From contig CAXXSR010000001.1 in the NCBI GenBank assembly GCA_963662615.2, positions 480,001 through 544,000 of the forward strand: a DNA stretch of 64,000 nt, given 5' to 3'. The notes under the pieces are model-generated. The model was not told the DNA's origin and did no database searches. It was given only the letters and a program-made list of their open reading frames with translations. Position 1 is the first letter of the stretch. Each line of letters opens with the position of its first letter. Made by a program: the position numbers and the translations under genes. The stretch is from Dehalococcoidia bacterium (GTDB lineage: Bacteria > Chloroflexota > Dehalococcoidia > Bin125). Positions 31,928 through 41,222 of the stretch are shown piece by piece.

Positions 31928-33011
31928 ATGACCGCTGGGCCGGAGACCGACACGCCCTCGCCCGACACGCCCTCGCCCGACGCGCCCTCGCCCGACGCGC
32001 CCTCCCGACGCGATTCGCCACGAATATCTGGCGGACCGCGAAGGCGAGCGCTTGGACGTGTTCCTCGCGCGCCGGCTGCCGGGGCTCTCGCGCACGGCGG
32101 CGCGCCGGCACATTGTGAAAGGTCTTGTTTTCGTAGAGGACGAGATCGAGCGCCCCAGCTACCGCCTCCGCTTTGGCAACACGGTGGGAGTCTGGCCTGC
32201 GCCGCCGCCCCAGCCGGTGGCGGAAGCGGAGGATATCCCGTTCGACGTTCGCTACGAGGACGCCGAAGTCATTGTCGTCAACAAGCCGCCCGGCCTGACG
32301 GTGCATCCCGCGCCGGGCGAGCCGCGGGGGACGCTGGTCAACGCCCTGCTCGCCCGCTGTCCCGACCTCCAGGCGATCGGCGACGCCATCCGTCCCGGCA
32401 TCGTGCACCGGCTCGACAAGGACACCAGCGGCGTGATGATGGTGGCCAAGCAGCAGTCGGCCATGCACGAACTCCAGGAGCAGATCCGCGCTCGCACGGT
32501 GGAGAAGCGCTATTGGGCCGTGGTCGCCGGCACGCCCGACCCGCTCAGCGGCAAGATCGACGCCCCCATTGGCCGCGACTTCGCCGATCCCCGCCGCATG
32601 GCGGTCGTTGAAGGCGGCCGCCCGTCCCAGACCGAGTACGAGGTCCGCGAGCGTTTCCTGGATACGTCGCTGCTGGAATGCCGGCTGATCTCCGGGCGGA
32701 CCCACCAGATCCGGGTCCATCTGACCGCGCTGGGCCATCCCATCATTGGCGACCGCATTTACGGCTTCCCCTCCGACCTCATCGACCGGCAGGCGCTCCA
32801 CGCGCGCGTGCTCGCGTTCGCACACCCCCGCAGCGGGGAGCGAATCCGGATTGAGGTGGAGCCGCCGCCGGACTTTCTCGCCCTCCTGGACGAGCTGCGC
32901 CGGATGGAGCCCGTGCATGGACCGGACATCGCTCCGCTTGCTACGGTGACGACGCCGCCTGACGCTCCCGGCTGGCGCCCGTCGCGGCACCGATCGCGGC
33001 ACGTCCGTTAG
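31928..33011 (+). CDS. rluD: RluA/RluD family pseudouridine synthase; N-terminus frameshifted in a 15-bp repeat (intact frame from 32052)
   Basis: GERLDVFL S4 start, VNKPPG, HRLDKDTSG, GRTHQIRVH and QALHA motifs. Confidence 0.9.
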
Positions 33012-33050
33012 CGCCCGCCCCAGACCGCCGCCACAACGCAACAGCGATCC

Positions 33051-34532
33051 ATGACGGTACGCGTACGCTACGGCCCCAGCCCCACCGGTGAGCCCCATGT
33101 GGGCAACATCCGCACCGCCCTCTTCGACTGGCTCTTCGCACGCCACCACGGCGGGCAGTTCCTCGTTCGCATTGAGGACACCGACCAGCGGCGCACGGTG
33201 GAAGGAGCGGAGGAGCGCATCTTTGACGCTCTCCGCTGGTTAGGCATCGACTGGGATGAGGGACCCGACATCGGCGGGCCCTACGCCCCCTACCGCCAGT
33301 CCCAGCGGCTTCCTCTCTATGACGAAGCCGTGGAGAAGCTCCTGGCCGACGGCGCCGCCTATCGCTGCGCCTGCACGCCCGAGCGGCTCGACGCGTTGCG
33401 CAAGGTACAGCAATCGCACAAGCAGCCGCCGGGGTACGACGGCCACTGCCGCTCGCGGCCGCTGGCGGAGGTCGAGCGCGAGATCGCGGAGCACGAAGGC
33501 CGCTTCGTCGTGCGCCTGCGGATACCGGAGGACGGTGTTACGGAGGTCGTCGATGCGCTCCGCGGCGCTGTCTCCTTCGACAACGCGCTTTTGGACGACC
33601 ACGTCTTGCGCAAGGCGGACGGCTACCCCACGTACCACCTCGCCTCCGTGGTGGACGACGCGGCGATGGCGATCACGCACGTCTTCCGCGGCGACGAGTG
33701 GCTCTCCAGCGCTCCCCGGCACCTCCTCCTCTACCGCGCGCTGGCGCTGGAGCCGCCGGTCTTCGTGCACCTGCCGGTGATCCTGGGGCCGGACAAGGGC
33801 AAGCTCAGCAAGCGCCACGGCGCCGTCAGCGTGCGCGAGTACGCCGCGCAGGGCTTTCTCCCGGAAGCGATGATGAACTTCCTGGCACTGTTGGGCTGGG
33901 CCAAGGACGACCGCACGGTCCAGATGAGCGTGGACGAGATCATCGCGGCGTTCGACATCGACGGCCTCGGCACGACCAGCGCCACGTTCGATCTGGAACG
34001 GCTCACGTCCATGAACGGCGCCTACATCCGCGATCTGTCGGCGGACGCGTTCCTCGCGCGCGTTGGTCCTTGGCTGGAGGAACGGTTGCCGGCCGCCGTC
34101 CCCCGGCCCGTCGATGCGGGAATCCTCCGGCCCGTCGCCCCGTTGATTCAGGAGCGGGTGAAGCTGCTCAGCGAAGTCGTGGACTACACCGACTTCTTCT
34201 TCCTGGAGGGGCCGCTCCCCTACGCCGGCGAGTCGCTGCTGGGCAAGGGCTTCCGCAACGACCGGTCGGGCGCGCTGGCGGCGCTGACGGAAGTGCGATC
34301 GGTGCTGGCGGGCGTCGAGCCGTGGACGGCGGAGCGTATTGAGGCGGCGCTGCGGGGCTTGGCGGATCGGCTGGAGCTGAAGCCCGGCGTGCTCTTCACG
34401 CCCGTCCGTATCGCCGTGACCGGGAGGACAGTGGCGCCGCCGCTCTTTGAGACGATCGCGCTGCTGGGTAAGGAGAGGACGCTGGCGCGGCTGCAGGACG
34501 CGGCGGAGCGTCTTGAGCAGGTCGCGGGCTAA
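33051..34532 (+). CDS. gltX: Glutamate--tRNA ligase
   Basis: RYGPSPTGEPHVGN (HIGH), RIEDTD and KLSKRHG (KMSKS) motifs. Confidence 0.98.
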   Translation: MTVRVRYGPSPTGEPHVGNIRTALFDWLFARHHGGQFLVRIEDTDQRRTVEGAEERIFDALRWLGIDWDEGPDIGGPYAPYRQSQRLPLYDEAVEKLLADGAAYRCACTPERLDALRKVQQSHKQPPGYDGHCRSRPLAEVEREIAEHEGRFVVRLRIPEDGVTEVVDALRGAVSFDNALLDDHVLRKADGYPTYHLASVVDDAAMAITHVFRGDEWLSSAPRHLLLYRALALEPPVFVHLPVILGPDKGKLSKRHGAVSVREYAAQGFLPEAMMNFLALLGWAKDDRTVQMSVDEIIAAFDIDGLGTTSATFDLERLTSMNGAYIRDLSADAFLARVGPWLEERLPAAVPRPVDAGILRPVAPLIQERVKLLSEVVDYTDFFFLEGPLPYAGESLLGKGFRNDRSGALAALTEVRSVLAGVEPWTAERIEAALRGLADRLELKPGVLFTPVRIAVTGRTVAPPLFETIALLGKERTLARLQDAAERLEQVAG

Positions 34533-34620
34533 GGCGCCCACGTCTTTCGACCCTTCGTCCTTCCCGCAGGGAAAGATCAGGACAGGCGGGCTCGGGACGA
34601 GCGGCGCCCGTCCGCTGGAA

Positions 34621-34650
34621 TTGCCCGATTTCCGCCGTGTTGCCTACACT
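34621..34650 (+). promoter_or_regulatory. Promoter of the tRNA-Gln/tRNA-Glu pair
   Basis: TTGCCC-18 bp-TACACT ending 8 nt before tRNA-Gln. Confidence 0.6.
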
Positions 34651-34658
34651 GGATCAGG

Positions 34659-34732
34659 TGGGGATTAGTCTAGTGGTAGGACGACTGACTCTGGATCAGT
34701 TAGCGGGGGTTCGAATCCTCCATCCCCAGCCA
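34659..34732 (+). tRNA. tRNA-Gln(CTG)
   Basis: Acceptor stem TGGGGAT/ATCCCCA, anticodon loop CTCTGGA, encoded CCA. Confidence 0.96.
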
Positions 34733-34741
34733 AACCCAAGC

Positions 34742-34818
34742 GGCGCATTCGTCTAGCGGCCCAGGACACCGCCCTCTCAAGGCGGAGATCGGGGGTTCGA
34801 ATCCCCCATGCGCTACCA
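34742..34818 (+). tRNA. tRNA-Glu(CTC)
   Basis: Anticodon arm CCGCC-CTCTCAA-GGCGG, GTTCGAATC T-loop, encoded CCA. Confidence 0.96.
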
Positions 34819-34830
34819 AACGAGTCACCG

Positions 34831-34853
34831 GCTCCCCTTGGGGGAGCCTTTTT
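34831..34853 (+). terminator. Rho-independent terminator after the tRNAs
   Basis: GGCTCCCC-TTG-GGGGAGCC followed by TTTTT. Confidence 0.8.
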
Positions 34854-35095
34854 GTGTGGCGGCGCCTCGACACGGATCGGCCTCCAGCGGCCGCCGCCGC
34901 TGTCTCAGCCTGTCGCCCGTGCTCGTTCGCACAGGACGACACAGCCAACGCAGCAACGGTGAGGAGTGCGACTCCACCGAGTTGCTTAACCAACCTTGAG
35001 GAGAGCCGTACCATCGGTGGGGAGCTGCGCCTGTTTTCCGCTGCGCACGGACGTCAGTGATGCAGTGAGTCAACCCGTTAGGAGAGTGGACGACC

Positions 35096-36280
35096 ATGGC
35101 TCTACCAGAGCGAATGAAATTCGGAATCTTCATGGGGCCGTTCCACCGGGTGGGAGAAAACCCCACGCTCGCCTTGGACCGCGACCTGGAATTGATCCAG
35201 TGGCTCGACAGTCTCGGGTATGACGAGGCGTGGATCGGCGAACACCATAGCGCCGGATGGGAGACGATCTCCTCTCCCGAGATCTTCATTGGCGTGGCCG
35301 CCGACCGCACGAAGCACATCAAGCTGGGAACAGGCGTGATCAGCCTTCCCTACCACCATCCCTTTAACGTCGCCAACCGCATGGTCCAACTGGACCACAT
35401 GAGCCGCGGGCGCGTGATGCTGGGCGTAGGGCCCGGCGCCTTGCCCGGAGATGCCTACATGCTGGGCATTGACTCCACCGTGCAACGACAGCGTATGGAC
35501 GAGGCGTTCGGGATGGTCTTGCGGCTGATGACCGAGACCGAGCCCATCACCTACAAGAGCGACTGGTTCGAACTTCGAGAAGCCCTCTTACAGTTGCGGC
35601 CTTTCAGCAAACCCCACATGCCCATCGCGGTTGCCGCGGTCCAATCCCCCGCTGGGGTCGCATTAGCTGGGAAATATGGCGCGGCGCTGCTGACCATCAC
35701 CATTCCCCGCGACCCGTCCGCCGCTCCCGCGGCCGACCTCGCCGGGCTCTGGAACATCGCCGAGGAGTCAGCGGCGGAACACGGGCAGAGAGTGTGCCGC
35801 GACGACTGGCGCTTGGTCTTGCCGGTACACCTGGCCGAAACCAAAAAGGAAGCGCTGGAGCAGGCCCGGTTGGGCGCCGGCCGCTTCCAACGAGAGTACA
35901 TGGAGCACACCATCGGCCGGGCACAGATGGTAGACGGCCCGCCGGAGAGGATCGTCGACGCGATGGCCGACAGCGGCGCCTGGATCATCGGCACGCCGGA
36001 TGACTGCATCGAGGGCATCAAACGGTTGGATGAGCAGAGCGGGGGCTTTGGCGGCTTTCTGGTCCAGGCCATTGACTGGGCCCCTCGGGAGCACCTCCTG
36101 CACAGCTTTGAGCTGTTAGCCCGGTACGTCATGCCCCATTTCCAGGGCAGCACCTTGAGCACCGTCGCATCCAACGCGTGGGCCTACGAGCGGCAGGGAA
36201 CGCTGAACGCGGGCCGCGATCGAGCCATCGACCGAGCCAGATCGGACTACGCCAATCGAGCACTGGAAAGACGGCTCTAA
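35096..36280 (+). CDS. LLM class flavin-dependent monooxygenase (limonene monooxygenase-like)
   Basis: FGIFMGPFH, WIGEHHSAGWE, LGTGVISLPYHHP and LGVGPGALPGDA motifs. Confidence 0.93.
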   Translation: MALPERMKFGIFMGPFHRVGENPTLALDRDLELIQWLDSLGYDEAWIGEHHSAGWETISSPEIFIGVAADRTKHIKLGTGVISLPYHHPFNVANRMVQLDHMSRGRVMLGVGPGALPGDAYMLGIDSTVQRQRMDEAFGMVLRLMTETEPITYKSDWFELREALLQLRPFSKPHMPIAVAAVQSPAGVALAGKYGAALLTITIPRDPSAAPAADLAGLWNIAEESAAEHGQRVCRDDWRLVLPVHLAETKKEALEQARLGAGRFQREYMEHTIGRAQMVDGPPERIVDAMADSGAWIIGTPDDCIEGIKRLDEQSGGFGGFLVQAIDWAPREHLLHSFELLARYVMPHFQGSTLSTVASNAWAYERQGTLNAGRDRAIDRARSDYANRALERRL

Positions 36281-36386
36281 GCGGCGCACGACGCCAGGAA
36301 AGCGGTCTGGCCCGAACGCAACGGCGCGGCGGCGGGCGCAGGGCCTCCAGCCGTCCTTGCCACGACGAATGCCTCGGCTACCTCCC

Positions 36387-36611
36387 CTACGCCTCGACGA
36401 AGAACGACCAGAAAGCCAGGGACGGGACGAACTCGAAAAGCAAATTCTCGCACTCTAGGCAAGCCCAGACCCAGGCGTCTGGGGATTCGAGGGAGCGGAG
36501 GCATTTTCGACAGTACCGACTCCCGCAGGGCTCGCAGGTCTCCCACCCGGAGTACAGGCGCCACAGCCACCCTCGCTTCTTGCCGCATCCCCGACATGCC
36601 TTGGTCCTCAT
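36387..36611 (-). CDS. Small 8-Cys Zn-finger protein, 74 aa
   Basis: SD GAGAGGT before ATG; CRGC, CEPC, YCRKC and CLEC; hydrophobic C-terminus. Confidence 0.6.
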   Translation of the reverse strand: MRTKACRGCGKKRGWLWRLYSGWETCEPCGSRYCRKCLRSLESPDAWVWACLECENLLFEFVPSLAFWSFFVEA

Positions 36612-36794
36612 GAGGCACCTCTCAAGCCGTTCTGCTCGTTCACCAGCCTGATACTCGCTGCCTCGATGCGCCGCGGGCAGGTGCACCCGCCCCATCCGCC
36701 ATGGGACGAATGACCCATTCGTCTCTTTTGCTGGTGAGCGAAGCATCCTGCCTCCCATCTGTCTTCGTCCCCTGCGGCATTCAGGAGGCGCCGA

Positions 36795-36875
36795 GTCCTT
36801 GCGCCCCAGTCGCTCGGCGACCGTGTACACACCCTCTCCGGCCCTCATCCAAAGCGTCGTCGCGGTGTGCCACGC
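36795..36875 (-). pseudogene. Tyrosine recombinase C-terminal remnant
   Basis: WHTATTLWMRAGEGVYTVAERLGRKD resembles box II (RHT.AT...G......RLGH), with the catalytic R and H decayed. Confidence 0.55.
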
Positions 36876-37148
36876 GGCCAGATCGAGGCCGCCTGCCCTC
36901 ACGCAGAAGATCGACTCCGCGGACGGCGAGCGGGCTCGTCCCCAGTGCGCTAGTCTCCGGCCGCGGGCACCGATCGGACCTGCTCCCCGGCGGCGTCGGC
37001 TGGGGCCCCCACGCTTGCGGACACGACGCCGGCGACAGCATCGTGACCCTCATCTGGACGCCGCCACGGCCGCACTGCCTGTCTGCTGCGCTCGACGTAC
37101 TCTGCATCCCTGCCCGCATCGTGCCTCACAAAACGAGGGGAGGAGACC

Positions 37149-37562
37149 GTGACGCATTTCAGTGCTGCCGCCGAGAAGCGCTTGCGCGCCGACCAGATCG
37201 CCTGGCTCACCACCGTGAGCCCCAGCGGGATGCCGCGGTCGTCGCCGATCTGGTTCCTCTGGGACGGCGAGACCTTCCTCATCTTCAGTCAGCCGAACAA
37301 GCCCAAAGTCCGCAACGTCGAAGCGCACTCCAAAGTCTCACTGCACCTCGACGGCGACGGGCGGGGCGGCAACATCGTCACGATCGAGGGGACGGCGCGG
37401 ATCGACCGCGATGCGCCGCCGGCCGATGCCGTCTCCGCTTACGCGGAGAAATACGCGGCTGGCATCAGGCGCCTGGGGATGGATGCGGCCAGGTTCGCCG
37501 CGGACTACTCGGTGGCGATCCGGATCTCTCCCCTGCGCGCCCGCGCCTGGCTGGTGTCGTGA
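37149..37562 (+). CDS. PPOX class F420-dependent oxidoreductase
   Basis: IAWLTTV..G.PRSSPIWFLWDG, SQPNKPKVRN and YAEKY; SD GGAGGAG. Confidence 0.9.
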   Translation: MTHFSAAAEKRLRADQIAWLTTVSPSGMPRSSPIWFLWDGETFLIFSQPNKPKVRNVEAHSKVSLHLDGDGRGGNIVTIEGTARIDRDAPPADAVSAYAEKYAAGIRRLGMDAARFAADYSVAIRISPLRARAWLVS

Positions 37563-37818
37563 CGATCGGATGCTTCTCGACCTCGACTCCGAGAGCAGAC
37601 GAACGACCTGGGGGCGCTGGGTAGAACTGCACCCGGCGAGGCGCGGTGTATCCCGCAAATGGAGCCGCGGGGCGCCCTCCTGCGAAATCCAGGCAGCGTT
37701 AACCCACAATCTCCTACGAGTATCCTGTGCCCCCTGAAGACTGGCGGTGTCGTGCGCCGCCATCTAGCAGAGAATGCAGGGCCAGCCAATTCGGTTCTTT
37801 CGCGGATAGGGGTGACGA

Positions 37819-38532
37819 ATGCGGTGGTTCGTGGTCGCGCTCGCATTGGCAACCGTTCTCACATCAAGTGTGGTGTTTGCGGCAGAGAAAGCGCACGCCC
37901 CGGCCCAAGGAGCTCCCTCGGCTGACATCACGCTGGAGGCGGGCATCAACGAGCTGGTGTATCTGGGTGAGACGGCGACGGTAGAGGAGGCGCTGAACTC
38001 GATTGCTGGCCTCTATTCTGCGGTGTTCCATTGGGACAACACCACGCAAACGTGAAGCGTGAATCGACCGGGCGAGCCGGCCTTCCTCTCCGACTTGGAG
38101 ACGATGGAGTTCGGCCAGATCTATTGGATTGTCGTCTCCGCGCAAGTCCAGCTTACGATCGCGGAGATTGGCGGATTAGCCGGCCCGACCATCGCGATTA
38201 CGGGTCTGGACTTCGCGTTCGACGGTGTGCCCGAAACCGTGGACGCCGGACTCGTGACCTTCACGTTCGAGAACACGGGCGCCGAGTTTCACGAGATGAT
38301 CTTGGCGCGGCTGCCCGAGGGAATGACGTTGGAAGAGGCTCTGGCACTCCCCCCAGACGATGAGAGCCTTCTCCCGATCGGGGTCCTCTTTGCCCTGCCG
38401 GGAGTCCAGGGTGGCAGCTTGACCGTCGACCTCGAGCCCGGGACCTACGCGTTCATCTGCTTCTTCGAGAACGAGCAGGGCCCGCATGCCTTCCAGGGGA
38501 TGGCCGCCGAGTTCATCGTCGCCGGGCCCTGA
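37819..38532 (+). pseudogene. Secreted protein with C-terminal cupredoxin-like domain, interrupted by in-frame TGA at 38053-38055
   Basis: Signal peptide; WDNTTQT-TGA-SVNRPG continues in frame to FENTGAEFHEM and PGTYAFICFF..PHAFQGM (His, Cys, His, Met ligands). Confidence 0.75.
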
Positions 38533-38628
38533 GCTTGGCGCTCAGCGGCGGCCCCACCTACACCTGCGCCCCCCGACAGGCAGCAAGTTCTCGCCACTGG
38601 TCGCGCCAGCTCATGCGGATCATGTGCC

Positions 38629-39165
38629 TCATACCGTCGGCGAAAGGCTCTTGGTGGGCGCGTCCCACCATATCTCGTCCTTGGCGTCCGTGTACTCGAA
38701 GACGCCGAGGTATTTCGCCGCCCAGCTTAGCGCCGGCAGTCCGAAGCCAGATTTCATCGCCCGCGCCTTGATCTCGCGTGCCGGTAAGGGACCTTCGGCC
38801 AGCCAGCGCATCAGGTCGTGCGCTGCAGCGTCGCGAGAGGCGGGGCTGCACGGTGGGGGCGGGGCTCCATTACGGCGAGCCCCCAACATGCGCGTCGTGT
38901 CACACTCGCCGCACAACCTCTTGTCCCCAAGCGACTTGGAACATTCGCCGCAATAGGCGCGACGACATTGGGAGCATTCGCTCCAGAAGGGGAAGCGCCA
39001 GATCGCCGCGCGCTCATCACCGCACTTCGAACATTGCCCCTGCGCGAGGCTTCGCAGCCCTCGCTTGCGGCCCCTGAGTCGGTACGTGAGCGAGAGAAGG
39101 ATGTCGACCAGCACGTAAGCGAGAAGACCGCAGAGATAGATGGCCAAGAGTGCGAGCAGCGGCAT
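38629..39165 (-). CDS. Membrane-anchored 8-Cys Zn-finger protein with winged-helix-like C-terminus
   Basis: N-terminal TM; CSKC, CSQC, YCGEC and CGEC; C-terminal WLAEGPLPAREIKARAMKSG..AAKYLGV..WW. Confidence 0.65.
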   Translation of the reverse strand: MPLLALLAIYLCGLLAYVLVDILLSLTYRLRGRKRGLRSLAQGQCSKCGDERAAIWRFPFWSECSQCRRAYCGECSKSLGDKRLCGECDTTRMLGARRNGAPPPPCSPASRDAAAHDLMRWLAEGPLPAREIKARAMKSGFGLPALSWAAKYLGVFEYTDAKDEIWWDAPTKSLSPTV

Positions 39166-39530
39166 GTCCCACCCCTTTCATCCGACGCCAGCTCATCCCG
39201 GGCTGAGGCAAGGATGGATGTCCTGGCCGCCTGAAGGGAGGTGCGGGTGCCCCATCCGCCGTGGGACGAACGACCCCGCCGCTCGTCGGCCGGCAGGAAG
39301 TCCGGACTCGGTACGGAGCGAAGCCGCGTACGAGGTTCCGCCCGTCACAGCCACCTCGCGCCCGGTTTCAGGCCCCCAACCTCGAGACCCCCGGACCTGC
39401 CGTGCGGGGTCATGTTCGACGTCACGCGGCGACGGAGCGCGGGACTGGAGGACAGATGGACGCGCTGGTTCCAGATGGCGGCAGCACCCGTCGACGGGCG
39501 CCGTCACCTCACGTCAGCGACCGTTGCGAA

Positions 39531-39612
39531 CTCTCAAGGCGAAGGTCGTGGTTTCGAATCCCGCAGGCGCTGCCACACGCGTCACCGGCTCCCCGAACGG
39601 GGAGCCGGTTTT
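39531..39612 (+). repeat. att-like degenerate copy of tRNA-Glu(CTC) 3' half and terminator
   Basis: CTCTCAAGGCG..TTCGAATCCC..GCGCT.CCA.ACG.GTCACCGGCTCCCC..GGGGAGCC aligns with 34774-34853. Confidence 0.85.
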
Positions 39613-40215
39613 CGCCTGCTGGGGGGCGATTCGGCCCTTCAGGGGACGACGTGGGCGACCCGCCAGCGAGCGCCCTCCCGGAGAAGGTGAACCGTCGCCC
39701 GCACTCCCTGGGGGTTGACGAGACACACCTGTGCTCGGCCCCCATGAACGTTGACCGATTCCACCGTGGGGGAAGCGAGCGCCGCTGCGCCGAAGGACTC
39801 GGTGACGGCGGTGACGCGGGCAGAGTCCCGGTCCATGGCGACGCAGGTCATGCTTCCGCCTCTCCAAGTTGCTTGCGCGTCCCCGACCGCCGGGGTCCGG
39901 CGCCTCGGCGCTATCGCTAAGGAGCGATCGCGAAAGATCGATTGCGAAAGAGCCATCGCTAAGGAATAGACGGGTTATCGCTCCGGGCGTGACGATCCTC
40001 GTGGACCCGGGCGGCCCGAGTGCGCTCCATCTGGTGGTGGCGCCGCTGTCGCGTCGCGCCCCTGGGCTCGACGGCGGCTTGATTGAACAGCGGCGGGATT
40101 AAACGGCGGTGGGCTCGCTCGGAGCGGCTGCGAGTAGACTGACCTGGCCTGAGACGGAGAGGGCCCCGATATCTTGGCTCGACCGCAGACAGCGAAGCGA
40201 TGCGCTGCCAGCTGA

Positions 40216-41217
40216 ATGGAGTCCATCATGCCCGACCGCGACCTGTTCCGCTCCGAGACGTTCCGCCCCGAGACGTTCCGCCCCGAGGCGATCGACGCGG
40301 AGACCGCCGCCTTCAACGCCGATCTAGCGCGGCAGTTGGCCGGCGCGCCTCGCAACGAGGATCGGCCCATCGACGTGGCGCGGCGCGAGCGCGAATCGGG
40401 CGAGGGCGTCTTTGGTCCCATCACGTTGCTGGAGCAGGCGGTTGAACGGCGCATCCCGGGCCCGGGCGGCGAGGTGCCGCTGCGGCTCTTGGTGCCGGAT
40501 GCGGTCCACGGCGTCTATCTCTACCTCCACGGCGGCGGCTGGGTCTTCGGGCGCGCCCACCTCCAGGACGACGCGCTCTGGCGCATTGCGACCGAGGCCG
40601 GCGTGGCCGTGGTCAGCGTGGACTACCGCCTGGCGCCGGAGCACCCCTATCCCGCGGGCCCCGACGACTGCGAGGCCGCCGCGGTCTGGCTCGCGCGCAA
40701 CGCGTTGGCGGAGTTCGGCACGGATCGGCTCGTGATCGGCGGCGGTTCCGCAGGCGCGCACCTGGCCGCGGTCACGCTCCTGCGGATGCGGGACCGGCAC
40801 GGCTACACCGGCTTCGCCGGCGCCGATCTGCTCTATGGCATCTATGACCTCTCCATGACGCCCAGCCAGCGGCTGATCGGCCGCGACAGCCTCGTCATCG
40901 ACGCGAGGTCGATGGCCTGGTTCTACGACCAGTTCGTGCCCACGCAAGACCGTCGCGATACGGACGTCTCGCCCCTGCACGCGGAGCTGGCCGACATGCC
41001 GCCGGCGCTGTTCACCGTGGGCACGCAGGATCCGTTGCTCGACGATTCGCTCTTCATGTGCGCGCGCTGGATCGCGGCCGGGAACGAGGCCGAGCTGGCT
41101 GTCTATCCCGGCGGGGTGCACGGCTTTACGAACTTTGCCGGCTCCTTGCCCCGCCGGGCGAACGAGCAGCGCACGGAGTTCATCGCCGAGGCCGCGCGCG
41201 AGCGGGTCGAAGCCTAG
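40216..41217 (+). CDS. Alpha/beta hydrolase, HSL family esterase
   Basis: HGGGW, VDYRLAPEHPYPA, GGSAG, DPLLDD and HGF motifs. Confidence 0.95.
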   Translation: MESIMPDRDLFRSETFRPETFRPEAIDAETAAFNADLARQLAGAPRNEDRPIDVARRERESGEGVFGPITLLEQAVERRIPGPGGEVPLRLLVPDAVHGVYLYLHGGGWVFGRAHLQDDALWRIATEAGVAVVSVDYRLAPEHPYPAGPDDCEAAAVWLARNALAEFGTDRLVIGGGSAGAHLAAVTLLRMRDRHGYTGFAGADLLYGIYDLSMTPSQRLIGRDSLVIDARSMAWFYDQFVPTQDRRDTDVSPLHAELADMPPALFTVGTQDPLLDDSLFMCARWIAAGNEAELAVYPGGVHGFTNFAGSLPRRANEQRTEFIAEAARERVEA

Positions 41218-41222
41218 CCGTC

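Larger units (their letters stand above)
34774..39612. mobile_element. Decayed genomic island integrated at tRNA-Glu(CTC)
   Basis: Degenerate direct repeat of the tRNA 3' half plus terminator at 39531-39612; internal tyrosine-recombinase remnant; visibly more A/T-containing cargo. Confidence 0.7.

Noticed and set aside
39514-39867. HDLRR motif suggesting a second integrase remnant
   Set aside because: No other recombinase motifs surround it, and an overlapping frame (39639-39956) looks more protein-like; probably chance.
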